This document shows positions 16,769-26,141 of a stretch of 62,047 nt of DNA, in pieces. A program made the position numbers and the translations under genes. The DNA is from Candidatus Zestomicrobium tamdykulense. GTDB taxonomy: Archaea; Thermoproteota; Thermoprotei_A; Sulfolobales; NBVN01. The notes under the pieces are model-generated. The model was not told the origin of the DNA, made no database searches, and saw nothing but the letters and a program-made list of their open reading frames with translations. How positions within the stretch are numbered: position 1 is the stretch's first letter; each line of letters begins with the position of its first letter. The DNA is taken from assembly GCA_039889305.1 (NCBI GenBank), contig JAVVFV010000006.1, forward strand, positions 1-62,047, in the 5' to 3' direction.

Positions 16769-18025
16769 ACGGTTGACTACTTAAAGCTACTTGCTAAAAG
16801 ATCAGAACTATTCAAAGCTTCAGACGTCAGAGAACTACTGAAACTTACTGAAGGCAAGAAAGTAATAAGTTTAGCTGGAGGAATGCCCGACCCGCAGACC
16901 TTCCCTAAGGAGGAGTTAGCTGAGATAGCTCAAGAAGTAATTAGTGAGCGTGGTGATGCGTCACTCCAATACGCACCTACAGCAGGAGTAAGTGAATTCC
17001 GAAAAGAGTTAATGAGTTTTCTTCAGAGAAGAGATGTAAAAGTTGAGAGTGATGATTCAATAATAATAACTACGGGTTCTCAGCAAGCTCTAGACCTGAT
17101 AAGTAGAGTCTTCATAGAGAGAGAGGACATTATTGTGGTTGAGTTACCTACGTACTTAGCAGCACTCAATGCATTCACGATCTCCCACCCACAAATAATT
17201 GGAGTACCTGTTGACGAAAATGGTATGAAGGTAGACATTCTGGAGAAAGAACTCAAGAAGGTGTATGGTGAGGGTAGGAACGTGAAATTCATTTACACCA
17301 TACCTGTTGCTCATAATCCTGCTGGCGTCACACTCAGTATTGAGAGGAAGAAGTATCTTTTAGAACTTGCCTCGAAATACGATATAGTTATTATTGAGGA
17401 TGATCCATACTCTTACTTTGTTTACGAGGATGATGTAGACGTTACTCCTCTTAAGACTCTAGATAATGAGGGCAGGGTGATTTACTTAGGTACTTTAAGC
17501 AAGATTCTCTCGCCAGGCCTCAGAATCGGTTGGGTTCTAGGAAATCACTACGTTATAGACATGCTTGAGAGAGCTAAGCAAACAGCAGATCTACACACAT
17601 CTACCCTAACACAATACATAGCGCTTGAGTCAATAAGGCGTGGAGTAGTAGACAAGACTATAGAAAAAGCAAAACAGATCTACAGAATCAAGAGAGACGT
17701 TATGCTTGATGCGTTAACTGACCACATGCCCGAGAAGACTTGGTGGCCCAGACCTGTTGGCGGGCTCTTCATCATGGTGTTTCTCCCATCACTCGAGATA
17801 GATACTAGAAAGTTACTTCCTGAAGCGTTAGCGAGGGGTGTAGCTTACGTACCAGGAGCTTCTTTCTTTGCTAACGGTGGTGGCTGGAACTCAATGAGGC
17901 TTAACTTTAGTTTTCCATCACCAGATAAGATAGCTGAAGGAATTAGAATCTTAGGAAATCTAGCTAAGGAAAAGATTAAGGAACCTGCAGGACCTATAAC
18001 ACCGGAAAGCTTCTATATGAGCTAA
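16769..18025 (+). CDS. class I PLP-dependent aminotransferase (aromatic/2-aminoadipate type)
   Basis: TTGSQQALDL, NPAG, EDDPY, TLSKILSPGLRIGW; family-typical N-terminus (ASDVRELLK...ISLAGG) extends in frame upstream of ATG 16883 to ACG 16769. Confidence 0.9.
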   Translation, partial: TVDYLKLLAKRSELFKASDVRELLKLTEGKKVISLAGGMPDPQTFPKEELAEIAQEVISERGDASLQYAPTAGVSEFRKELMSFLQRRDVKVESDDSIIITTGSQQALDLISRVFIEREDIIVVELPTYLAALNAFTISHPQIIGVPVDENGMKVDILEKELKKVYGEGRNVKFIYTIPVAHNPAGVTLSIERKKYLLELASKYDIVIIEDDPYSYFVYEDDVDVTPLKTLDNEGRVIYLGTLSKILSPGLRIGWVLGNHYVIDMLERAKQTADLHTSTLTQYIALESIRRGVVDKTIEKAKQIYRIKRDVMLDALTDHMPEKTWWPRPVGGLFIMVFLPSLEIDTRKLLPEALARGVAYVPGASFFANGGGWNSMRLNFSFPSPDKIAEGIRILGNLAKEKIKEPAGPITPESFYMS

Positions 18026-18093
18026 CAGCTTAAATTAAGTTAATGAAGAAGAAACACATTAAGAAGTTTTTCTACTAATTTCTTGATAAGTAC

Positions 18094-18984
18094 TTAAATT
18101 TCTTTTCTGAAGTTCACTAAGACTCTCTCAAATAAGCTTAAAGCTTCGATTACCTGGCTTAACTCATTTACGATCTTGATTTGAGATTCTATGATGTGCG
18201 GGCTTATTTTGTTCAAAAATTTTATCGAGTACTTAGGTTTGAAGGTTTTAGGTCTAACTAACTTAATTTTTGGTGGGATTCCGTAATAGTGTAGGCTTAA
18301 CGTGAAAGTTCCTGGGGTTATGTAGATCCATGCACTGTCTCGCAGTAAATTCCTTAAGTCTATCTCTATATCTTCTGTCAAGACCAGCAAATCTACCTTG
18401 TCTTTCAAATTCTCTAAGTCTTTCTTTAACGGCAGCCCTAAATCTCTCAAACTCTTAAGGTACTCAGTATTCAAGCACAGTATTTCTGTGTTTCTGTAGT
18501 TCTTGACTATAAGACCTAACACGTATGCGGTGAATCCACACCCTATTATAAGTCCTCTACTAGAATTCTCTGCTAGCTTAGTAAGTTCGTGAATATACCC
18601 AAACTCTACGTGCAGAGGGGATACTTTTTCTGGTTTTATTCCTTTAAGGCTCACTAGTGCTTCTTTAGGTATGACGGTGTACTCAGATGCTAGACCATCT
18701 ACGTCAAGACCTAAGATACCGTAGGTTGTGTATGGTTCTACCCCGTACACCTCACCAGGCATTACGTTAGTCTCTACACCAGGTTCTACGATTTTCACTA
18801 TGCCGAAACTCCCTAAAGTCCTACCTGATTTCATATTCTTTAAGACGTTCCTATTTTTGTAGGGAGAATAAATTAACGTGCTTAAGACCTTAGCTAGTAC
18901 GTGTTTAGGAGGTATTGGGGGTATGGTGGTCTCTTCTAGAATTGCCTTACCCTCATACCACTTAACGCTCTTCAGAGATTCCAC
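18094..18984 (-). CDS. degenerate MDR/zinc alcohol dehydrogenase-like protein
   Basis: GroES-like N-terminus, GRTLGSFG in place of GHE, DGLASEY, GCG Rossmann remnant; no Zn ligands. Confidence 0.6.
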   Translation of the reverse strand: MESLKSVKWYEGKAILEETTIPPIPPKHVLAKVLSTLIYSPYKNRNVLKNMKSGRTLGSFGIVKIVEPGVETNVMPGEVYGVEPYTTYGILGLDVDGLASEYTVIPKEALVSLKGIKPEKVSPLHVEFGYIHELTKLAENSSRGLIIGCGFTAYVLGLIVKNYRNTEILCLNTEYLKSLRDLGLPLKKDLENLKDKVDLLVLTEDIEIDLRNLLRDSAWIYITPGTFTLSLHYYGIPPKIKLVRPKTFKPKYSIKFLNKISPHIIESQIKIVNELSQVIEALSLFERVLVNFRKEI

Positions 18985-19044
18985 CTAATGAGTTTAACAT
19001 TTAGGTTTTTAAAGAATTGATTTGGAGAAGAATTTAGGTGGGTA

Positions 19045-19743
19045 GTGCTCTTTAAAAGAAAAATATCGCTAACTAAGATTCTCGGCAGTATTCATAGGCT
19101 TAATGAGAAAGAGCTTGTAGAGCTAATGAAGCAAGGAATTAGCGAGTTACGTGATGCCGGGAAAGCAACTAAGCTTTTCTTCGTGATTAGCTTAGTACTA
19201 GAGGATAACGTATCAGGACACCAGAAATTAGCACAAATATTGAGAGAAGTTTGTAAGACTGAGTGCCATAACGTTAACTGGGTTAAGTATCTCAGCTATT
19301 TTAAACCAAGCTTCATGCCGATAACTCTAATAAGAAACCTGACCAACTCTTCATCAAACACGATTCCCGAGAATCTACTTATTGAGTTAGTTAAGAATTT
19401 TGAGTGTGAAGAACTCAAAACACTAAGAAATGAGGGCTACTTAGAAACACAGCCCTCACTAATTAAGCACTACATAAATACGGTACTCAATATACGAAAA
19501 TGCGAATCACTATATCCCGAAACACTAGCTCTACTTAACGATGCAATACTCTACGATTTAGTCAAGCATGAAGAAGTAATAGAAATACTTAAGAACCATA
19601 ACCTACGGCTAGTCATTAAGAGGAAAGAAGGTATTTATAGTGGCATAGAAATATACTATAACGACACAAAAATAGATATCCCTAACTTCAACATACTAGG
19701 TTTTCTTAAGTTTTACCAGCGTCTAATATCACAAACAAAATAG
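19045..19743 (+). CDS. hypothetical helical protein
   Basis: 232-aa ORF with GGTG RBS; no motif recognised. Confidence 0.55.
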   Translation: MLFKRKISLTKILGSIHRLNEKELVELMKQGISELRDAGKATKLFFVISLVLEDNVSGHQKLAQILREVCKTECHNVNWVKYLSYFKPSFMPITLIRNLTNSSSNTIPENLLIELVKNFECEELKTLRNEGYLETQPSLIKHYINTVLNIRKCESLYPETLALLNDAILYDLVKHEEVIEILKNHNLRLVIKRKEGIYSGIEIYYNDTKIDIPNFNILGFLKFYQRLISQTK

Positions 19744-19819
19744 TAGCTGAAATCCTATATTCCGGAATCTCTAAACCAGTAACTGAATAGTTATATGTTG
19801 TTAGTGTGGTGATGAGGTG

Positions 19820-20362
19820 TTAATCTATCTTTATCTCGTATTCTCCGGAAGCTCCCTTCAATTTCTTGAATTCTATTTCTAGTATTCCGTTCTTGTAGCT
19901 TGCTTTAGCACTCTGTACGTCTATCTCGTCAGGTAGTGTGAGTCTCTTGAGGTATTTCCTCCCGTTACTAGCCTGTATTATTAATTCTTTACCTGATGCT
20001 TTAAGTTTTATTTTATCTTTCTCGACGCCAGGCATTTCAACAATTACCCTAACTTTATCTCCTTCATCTATGATGTCTGCTAAAGGTTCTGCTTCCTCAG
20101 TGATTCTCGGTTTCACGCCTTCTCTCCTAACATTACCGAACTCGTCTATCTTCACTTTGCCGTCAGGACCTATGTATATTCTGTACCCGTAAACGTAGGG
20201 TCCGAGACCTTTCTTACGTAATTCTTCTAGTTCTTCAGGACTTACTCTGAATAACTTTTCACTCTCTTCAATGAATTCACGCATTTCCTCCTCCATTTCC
20301 CTAATCCACTCATCAAATAGATCAAATAATGATCGCCTCTTCCTTCTGTAACTCACGAGCAA
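19820..20362 (-). CDS. hsp20: archaeal small heat shock protein Hsp20
   Basis: GPYVYGY.I.IGPDGK, EPLADI, EMPGVEK, AKASYKNGILEI and a C-terminal IxI motif. Confidence 0.95.
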   Translation of the reverse strand: MLVSYRRKRRSLFDLFDEWIREMEEEMREFIEESEKLFRVSPEELEELRKKGLGPYVYGYRIYIGPDGKVKIDEFGNVRREGVKPRITEEAEPLADIIDEGDKVRVIVEMPGVEKDKIKLKASGKELIIQASNGRKYLKRLTLPDEIDVQSAKASYKNGILEIEFKKLKGASGEYEIKID

Positions 20363-20463
20363 CTCACCATATATTAATAAACCTAAGATCCTAATTAAAT
20401 TATTATTCTAGTTTTCTCCATAGTTATGTGCATGTGTTTCTACTACTTATTAGTAGTGTCTGG

Positions 20464-20742
20464 TTAGAGTAATTCAGCTATTAGGAAATTCCTTAGTCCT
20501 AGCTTGATTAAGTCAGCTGTGTCAGGATCTATAAATATTATTTCGTAAATTAAATCTACATTATCTTCCCCCACGTTAGTATCTTTTATTCTTAAGAATC
20601 CTGAAACCTTATTATTTAAGATTTCAAGTTCTTTCTCGTTATAAGTATTAGCTATTAAGAACTTCTTAAGAATTCTTAAATTAGTGCCTAACGGCGAGTT
20701 AACGAACGCGAACCACATTACTTCTAGCACCACATAATCCAC
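20464..20742 (-). CDS. small hypothetical protein
   Basis: 92-aa ORF with natural composition, co-oriented with neighbours. Confidence 0.5.
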   Translation of the reverse strand: MDYVVLEVMWFAFVNSPLGTNLRILKKFLIANTYNEKELEILNNKVSGFLRIKDTNVGEDNVDLIYEIIFIDPDTADLIKLGLRNFLIAELL

Positions 20743-20796
20743 ACTATCCAGAGTTATATATTCTTGTAGATTCAGGATTTTAGTCTATTAATTTAT

Positions 20797-20856
20797 CCTT
20801 CAGGAGTTTCTCCTCACGATTTCCAGCATCTCGTGGTTCTGAGGAGTCTTCATAAC
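20797..20856 (-). ncRNA. possible box C/D-like sRNA
   Basis: ATGAAGA (20853-20847) ... GTGAGGA ... CTGA (20803-20800) over 54 nt with an internal CTCCTCA/TGAGGAG inverted repeat; D guide only 7 nt. Confidence 0.3.
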
Positions 20857-20892
20857 TCAGGTGTTTGAGTACCTATACAACAATGAACGCTA

Positions 20893-21372
20893 TTACGAAC
20901 CTTTATGAGATCCTGAAGTAGTTAATTCCTTAGCGCTTTCCAGAATCTCTTTAACTGTTTTGTTTATGTATTCTTCGTGTTTTCTTCTGAGATGATTTTC
21001 TATAGTAACTTCATTATTGAATGACTGATCACAAAGTAGGCATACATATCTTTCGTTAACCTTAATTACTGCTGGCTCGATTTCTAGTACTAGAGGAAAA
21101 ACTTGTTTTATGATGAGTGAGGCTAGGTAGGAATTTCTAGTTTTCTCTGTGACTCTCTGTATATACCCCCTAACCCTGAACTTAGAAATCTTGTACTTAT
21201 AGCTTATAGAGCTGGGTGAGACACCGTCAACAAAATACTCTTTAGTAACCATTAAGGTGGAGGAATTCCCTGCTAATCTCTTAACCACTAAAAACCTAAC
21301 TAAAGCAACTACAGGATCCTCCAACCACTCACCTACAAAATACAACGATAAACAAATTAAAGGATTTAGCAA
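20893..21372 (-). CDS. HTH plus C2H2 zinc-finger protein
   Basis: SPSSISYKYKISKFRVRG helix-turn-helix; CLLC...HLRRKH finger. Confidence 0.75.
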   Translation of the reverse strand: MLNPLICLSLYFVGEWLEDPVVALVRFLVVKRLAGNSSTLMVTKEYFVDGVSPSSISYKYKISKFRVRGYIQRVTEKTRNSYLASLIIKQVFPLVLEIEPAVIKVNERYVCLLCDQSFNNEVTIENHLRRKHEEYINKTVKEILESAKELTTSGSHKGS

Positions 21373-21469
21373 TACATAACTAAATAACTCACGGGTAAAC
21401 TACCTAAATTATTCCATAATCGATAATTAGAGAGTGTATTTAAATTGAAGGTATTATCTTTAAATAAGG

Positions 21470-21670
21470 ATGTATATGTCAGGCGGTAAAGTAATATCAG
21501 TAAAGATACCTAACGACGTAGTAGACCTAATTGATGACATAATATCTGGGAGATCATACCGAAATAGAAGTGATTTCATTCGTGATGCTATTATGTGGAA
21601 ATTAAACAAGCATGGATATAAATTACAGCTGAAACCTCCATCCTTCGAGACAGAAATGAGTGACTTGTAA
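21470..21670 (+). CDS. ribbon-helix-helix (CopG/NikR-type) DNA-binding protein
   Basis: VISVKIP...IDDII...YRNRSDFIRDAI. Confidence 0.88.
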   Translation: MYMSGGKVISVKIPNDVVDLIDDIISGRSYRNRSDFIRDAIMWKLNKHGYKLQLKPPSFETEMSDL

Positions 21671-21861
21671 GTTCGTTTCTGATCTTATCCTCGCTAATAA
21701 TGCTTAAAGCTTAAAGATCCTGAATCCTTACTAAGCTGCCACTCCAACTAAGGTATTCTAGCACTTCTTCATCTATAGAGACTTAAGATACGAAGCATGT
21801 GAAATGACCTATTTTTAACTTTATATTATCTTTAGGTCTGAGTAATTATGGCGGTGAGGAC

Positions 21862-22161
21862 ATGTCTCTTTTTTGGGAGCCTAAGTGGCGTCGAGTGTCT
21901 CTCAATACTGATGGGGTAGTGATAGAGACTTGTTTAGATACTTCAACAAATCTCTTACTATGTCCTGTTTGTGTTAGGATTAATGAAGTGTGTCCTGAGG
22001 TGAGTGGTTCCTTCAGACAAGTAGTTGATAAGCCATTATTCTTTTCTCTCACGGATTTAGTTAATCATTTAAGATCTCATACAGTATCTGGTGGAACCAA
22101 ACGTATAGTAGTTAAGAAAGAAGAGGAAGAGGAGAGTGTTGAGGAAAAGGAAGAAGACTAA
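21862..22161 (+). CDS. small C2H2-like zinc-binding protein with acidic tail
   Basis: CPVC...DLVNHLRSH and EEEEE tail; GGTGAGG RBS. Confidence 0.7.
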   Translation: MSLFWEPKWRRVSLNTDGVVIETCLDTSTNLLLCPVCVRINEVCPEVSGSFRQVVDKPLFFSLTDLVNHLRSHTVSGGTKRIVVKKEEEEESVEEKEED

Positions 22162-23128
22162 AACACTTATACTTGGTGATTCGTTTAGTAGTAATATTTA
22201 CGTAACTCAAGACTTAAGTGATTCACTACTATTATCGTGGACAGGCTCTTCAAGCACTCTTGATGGGTGGGATTTTACTAACACCTGCATCGATAAATTG
22301 CCTTTATTCCTAGAGACAGAATGTTTGGAACGTTTAGGGTTTGATACGTCTGAAATCGACTATAAATATGTCTTGATTGGGGAAGAAGAATCTCTAAAAA
22401 ACAAAATCTCGTCAGAGGGTGAAGACTCCCCACATACTTGGTACGACCTATTTCCCAAAACATGTGGTAAGGTTTATAAGCCTGTATTCAGCTGGTGTCA
22501 AATAATTAAGATCCTGAGGAGTAAGATTGCGTTTCCCCGCCTCTACGCGAATATTTTGCGTATAGACCCTAACGAAAAAACCGTATTACTTGATGGTGGA
22601 GCTACTATAGAGTATGAGAACATAGTTAGCTCAATACCTCAAGACTTACTACTGACTAAGCTGAAAGGAGTAGATCCTATGAATGTTTCAGCGAGTTACG
22701 CACGCTTACCATACAACATCTCGCTAATAATTGGTAAGGTAAACCAGAAAATAAGTGATGATGAAGTTATTGTTTATGCTCTAGGCAGAAAAAGATACAT
22801 AGCCTCACACGTAGTATTACTAAAAAACAACATCAACTACCTAAAAAACGAGTATGCGTTGATTTACGTACTAACTCCTCTAAAACGCGATACAAATAAA
22901 ACCGAGATACTAATCAAGAATTTCTCTGAGTTAGATAATATAGGTATTAGAGTAAGAGACGTTGTATTTGCTAGGTCGTATATAGAGAAATACGGGAGGC
23001 TACTTAAGCCTAAGGAGAATCTCTACACGAAGTTACTTGAGGAAGCAGGTATTAGATTAATAGGGCGTTACGGGTCTTGGAAAGAACTCAGTATTTGCGA
23101 CATAATCACAGCAACCCATGACTACTAA
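22136..23128 (+). CDS. degenerate FAD/NAD(P)-binding oxidoreductase-like protein
   Basis: IEYENIVSSIP and IGRYGSW motifs, as in UDP-galactopyranose mutase/protoporphyrinogen oxidase folds; GxGxxG is lost. Confidence 0.55.
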   Translation: MLRKRKKTKTLILGDSFSSNIYVTQDLSDSLLLSWTGSSSTLDGWDFTNTCIDKLPLFLETECLERLGFDTSEIDYKYVLIGEEESLKNKISSEGEDSPHTWYDLFPKTCGKVYKPVFSWCQIIKILRSKIAFPRLYANILRIDPNEKTVLLDGGATIEYENIVSSIPQDLLLTKLKGVDPMNVSASYARLPYNISLIIGKVNQKISDDEVIVYALGRKRYIASHVVLLKNNINYLKNEYALIYVLTPLKRDTNKTEILIKNFSELDNIGIRVRDVVFARSYIEKYGRLLKPKENLYTKLLEEAGIRLIGRYGSWKELSICDIITATHDY

Positions 23129-23182
23129 TTATAATGTGGAGGCATGAGGTTAGCCGTATTAATCTAGTAGTTGCTCACACGC

Positions 23183-23500
23183 TTAAATTACTTGCGCGTT
23201 CCCGAACTCGTTCTCATCATAGAAGACAGCTGCTATCAAAGATAAGTCTTTAGTAGTTCCCTCACCTTCACAAGCACTAAGAATCAAATCCTCAATCTCT
23301 TCAGGCGTGAGTTTTCTTGAAACCACAAACTCTACATCATTTATTATCAGCGCCACACGCGATTCTCTTGAGATGTAAGGTATTACATAAACTTCCAAAC
23401 CATACTCATGAAACAGTTTCTGCGCAGTGAGCCAGACTTGCTTAATCAGCTCTTCACCTAAGGAAGACCCGTTAGTAACTACCACCACATCTACAGGCAA
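23183..23500 (-). CDS. hypothetical protein, thioredoxin-like fold without CxxC
   Basis: Beta-alpha-beta...beta-beta-alpha pattern, LIIND motif. Confidence 0.5.
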   Translation of the reverse strand: MPVDVVVVTNGSSLGEELIKQVWLTAQKLFHEYGLEVYVIPYISRESRVALIINDVEFVVSRKLTPEEIEDLILSACEGEGTTKDLSLIAAVFYDENEFGNAQVI

Positions 23501-23599
23501 GCAACTCCCATAAAATAACTTACTATATTCTTGAGATTTTTAAAGACTTCACCCTTTATAACCGAAAACTCTTGCCATACGTGTTTAGGGTGAATATAA

Positions 23600-24239
23600 T
23601 TATTTGTTTTGAATCCTCACAACATAAAGAGTTAGTTTCTCTCAGACAATCACGTCTTTACTTTAGCTAGACTTAAAGTAGTTTTAGTCTCGTTTAAGAG
23701 GAAATAACTATAAAGACAAAGAAGGAGTTAATCTGGATTGAGAAATATCTATATCTTGAGATTACTCCTCCTAGGTTACGAGAATTACCTATACTTAATT
23801 CTAGCAGCAGTGTTTGGGTACTGGACACACGTGAGAGGAGATCAATAAGGCTTGTAGGTTCAGTCCTGTTATTACTAGTAATTAAGAAAATACCAGAACT
23901 CATGATAAGTCCTTGAATACCTGCCGTAATGAACTTCGTCATAAATTTGGTGATGATATCATTACTCGTGTAGAATCTAAACAGGAACCTCCCGTTAACA
24001 TCTCCTGGCTTCCCTAAAATCATAGACTTAGCTAAATTAACTGGAATATCTGATATAGTAGCAGATATTGTGTTGCTGGAAATATTCCTATTCCTACTAT
24101 ACTTACCTACGTACTTGAGATCATAGATAGAGCTAAGTTTATTAAGATGCTGAAGGAGCGGATATCTGAGAAGAAACTTAAAGAACTCATAGAGGAAATG
24201 GAGGAGGTAGGTTTTCTAACTATTGAGGAAGAAATTTAG
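23600..24239 (+). pseudogene. possible decayed gene remnant
   Basis: About 640 bp without a long ORF; ends in a protein-like wHTH fragment (LEIIDRAKFIKMLKERISEKKLKELIEEMEEVGFLTIEEEI-stop) with stops upstream. Confidence 0.35.
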
Positions 24240-24333
24240 TTACAAAAACTAGATTAAGGGATTTTCCGTTCTTCTTTAAGTGAAGTCGAGTTTAGGAAAA
24301 GCGAGAACTTAGTAAGAAGATTCTAGTACGGAA

Positions 24334-24783
24334 TCAGTTTATCGCAGTACTCGATAACTTCTTGCTCCTCGCTTCTTTTAAGTATTGTATTGCTGCTGAA
24401 ATACTTCCTCTAGCCTCTATTAAGGGTCCCCATTTCACTTTGAATTTCTTTGGTGATAACGGTCTTACTCTCTTTTTTATTTTTCTAGGCACGTATGTTG
24501 CTTCCATATCTTTAAGTCCGAATGTACCGTCTATCATCTCAACTACTAAATCTTTGTCTATCAGTTTTAGTAGAGTCTTCCTTAATCTGTCTTCTCCTAC
24601 GAGACCACTTAACTCCTTTCTTAATTCTTTCCAAGTTAGTGGTCTACCCTTATCCTCAATGATTGAGAGCACTATTCCCTCAAGCTCCTCATCACTAGGT
24701 GCTTTCATTACCATAACTTCCTCGTCTTCGTAAATAACTTTCGGCTTCTTCTTAACATCCTTAAACGTATTAACTTCACCCAT
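24334..24783 (-). CDS. winged-helix DNA-binding protein
   Basis: GRPLTWKELRKELSGLVGEDRLRKTLLKLID...DGTFG; GGGGTGAG RBS before ATG 24783. Confidence 0.8.
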   Translation of the reverse strand: MGEVNTFKDVKKKPKVIYEDEEVMVMKAPSDEELEGIVLSIIEDKGRPLTWKELRKELSGLVGEDRLRKTLLKLIDKDLVVEMIDGTFGLKDMEATYVPRKIKKRVRPLSPKKFKVKWGPLIEARGSISAAIQYLKEARSKKLSSTAIN

Positions 24784-24953
24784 CTTCTCACCCCAATAAT
24801 AATAATTACTCATTGCATATAAACCTAAACCCTAAAACAATATTAACGCTGTTAAAGAAAACAGTAATACCTATGATCTTCGGGAAGACCTACGTGTGTA
24901 TAGGTAACTCCTTAAAAACAAGATATTAAGTAAGATATAGTGTGGTGGTTTAA

Positions 24954-25241
24954 GTGAAGTCATTAACTCTAGTAGCTGAGATACCTCCTCAAATGAGTGA
25001 GGTATATATGAGAAAACTACTTAAAATTAAGAACTATATTACAGAAGAAATAGGCATTAATGTTTCCTTAGTGATTATAGCGACTAATGAACAACCCAAA
25101 CTAATAATTTATGATGAAGTAATTAACTTAAATGAGAGCTTCAGTAACATATTGAAAGCAATAACCAAGGAACTAGCTAATGACTTAGGAGACCCGAACC
25201 TCCTTGAGAAAGCTGTCGGGGGAGCTAAACCTAGTCACTGA
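24954..25241 (+). CDS. hypothetical protein, thioredoxin-like fold without CxxC
   Basis: Similar layout to 23183-23500 (E.G..V.., PKLIIYD). Confidence 0.5.
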   Translation: MKSLTLVAEIPPQMSEVYMRKLLKIKNYITEEIGINVSLVIIATNEQPKLIIYDEVINLNESFSNILKAITKELANDLGDPNLLEKAVGGAKPSH

Positions 25242-25414
25242 TTTTTCCTACCATAATAACAAAGTATTTTTAATCATAAATAAACACGCGTGAACCCTTT
25301 ATGAATCGAGAATACTCCAATAAGTGTTGTTTCAACATACTAGTTAATTTACGTATTGATGGCCTTAGTTTATTAAGGTTCTTATTAATATGATTATTGA
25401 AAGAGGTGCGTTAA

Positions 25415-26122
25415 TTGCTTAGCGACATACGTTTAATGGCTATTGAATTACTGAGAGCATACAAGAAAATACTTAAATATAGGGAACTAGAAGAACTTAC
25501 TGGGCTTTCAGCACCAGGTCTTTGGAGATATATTAATAAGCGTATACGGCCTACAAAAGAGAGATCACTAGAGTTATTCGAGTTATTAACGAATCAACGC
25601 ATAGTCGAAGAAATACTTAGGAGCAAGCTCCTAGAAGTAGGTGACAACATAGTTAATTTATCCCCCATAATATATGAGGTACCTATCCTGAAGATACTTT
25701 CATACGTCGCTTACAAGGAGTTTCATCGCTACAATGTGAACGCTGTAGTTACTGTTGAGGTTGATGGAATACCTTTAGGAGTAATGATAGCAGACATACT
25801 TGAGTCTAAGTTAGTCATCGTTAGGAAAAGACCTGAGGTAGGAATTAAGAACTATAACCAAGTAAGTTACATAGCGAGAGACCCTCCAGCAGTAATCACA
25901 CTATTCATGCCATCAGACTCCCTCAAAGCATATGATAGAGTCTTAATAGTTGATGATCTACTCAATAGTGGGAGAACATCTTTAGCTCTCGTAAAGTTAA
26001 TACGCATGAGTGGAGCCGCACCAGTAGGCCTCTTTTCTGTGGTAGCTATAGGTGAGAAATGGCGTGATTTGCTGGAGAACGAGATAGATAAGATACACGT
26101 CGTATTAAGACTTAGTAGATAA
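25415..26122 (+). CDS. HTH-phosphoribosyltransferase fusion (PurR-like regulator)
   Basis: N-terminal YRELEELTGLSAPGLWRY HTH; VLIVDDLLNSGRT PRPP loop. Confidence 0.88.
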   Translation: MLSDIRLMAIELLRAYKKILKYRELEELTGLSAPGLWRYINKRIRPTKERSLELFELLTNQRIVEEILRSKLLEVGDNIVNLSPIIYEVPILKILSYVAYKEFHRYNVNAVVTVEVDGIPLGVMIADILESKLVIVRKRPEVGIKNYNQVSYIARDPPAVITLFMPSDSLKAYDRVLIVDDLLNSGRTSLALVKLIRMSGAAPVGLFSVVAIGEKWRDLLENEIDKIHVVLRLSR

Positions 26123-26141
26123 GCTAAGTTTAGGGAGTAGA

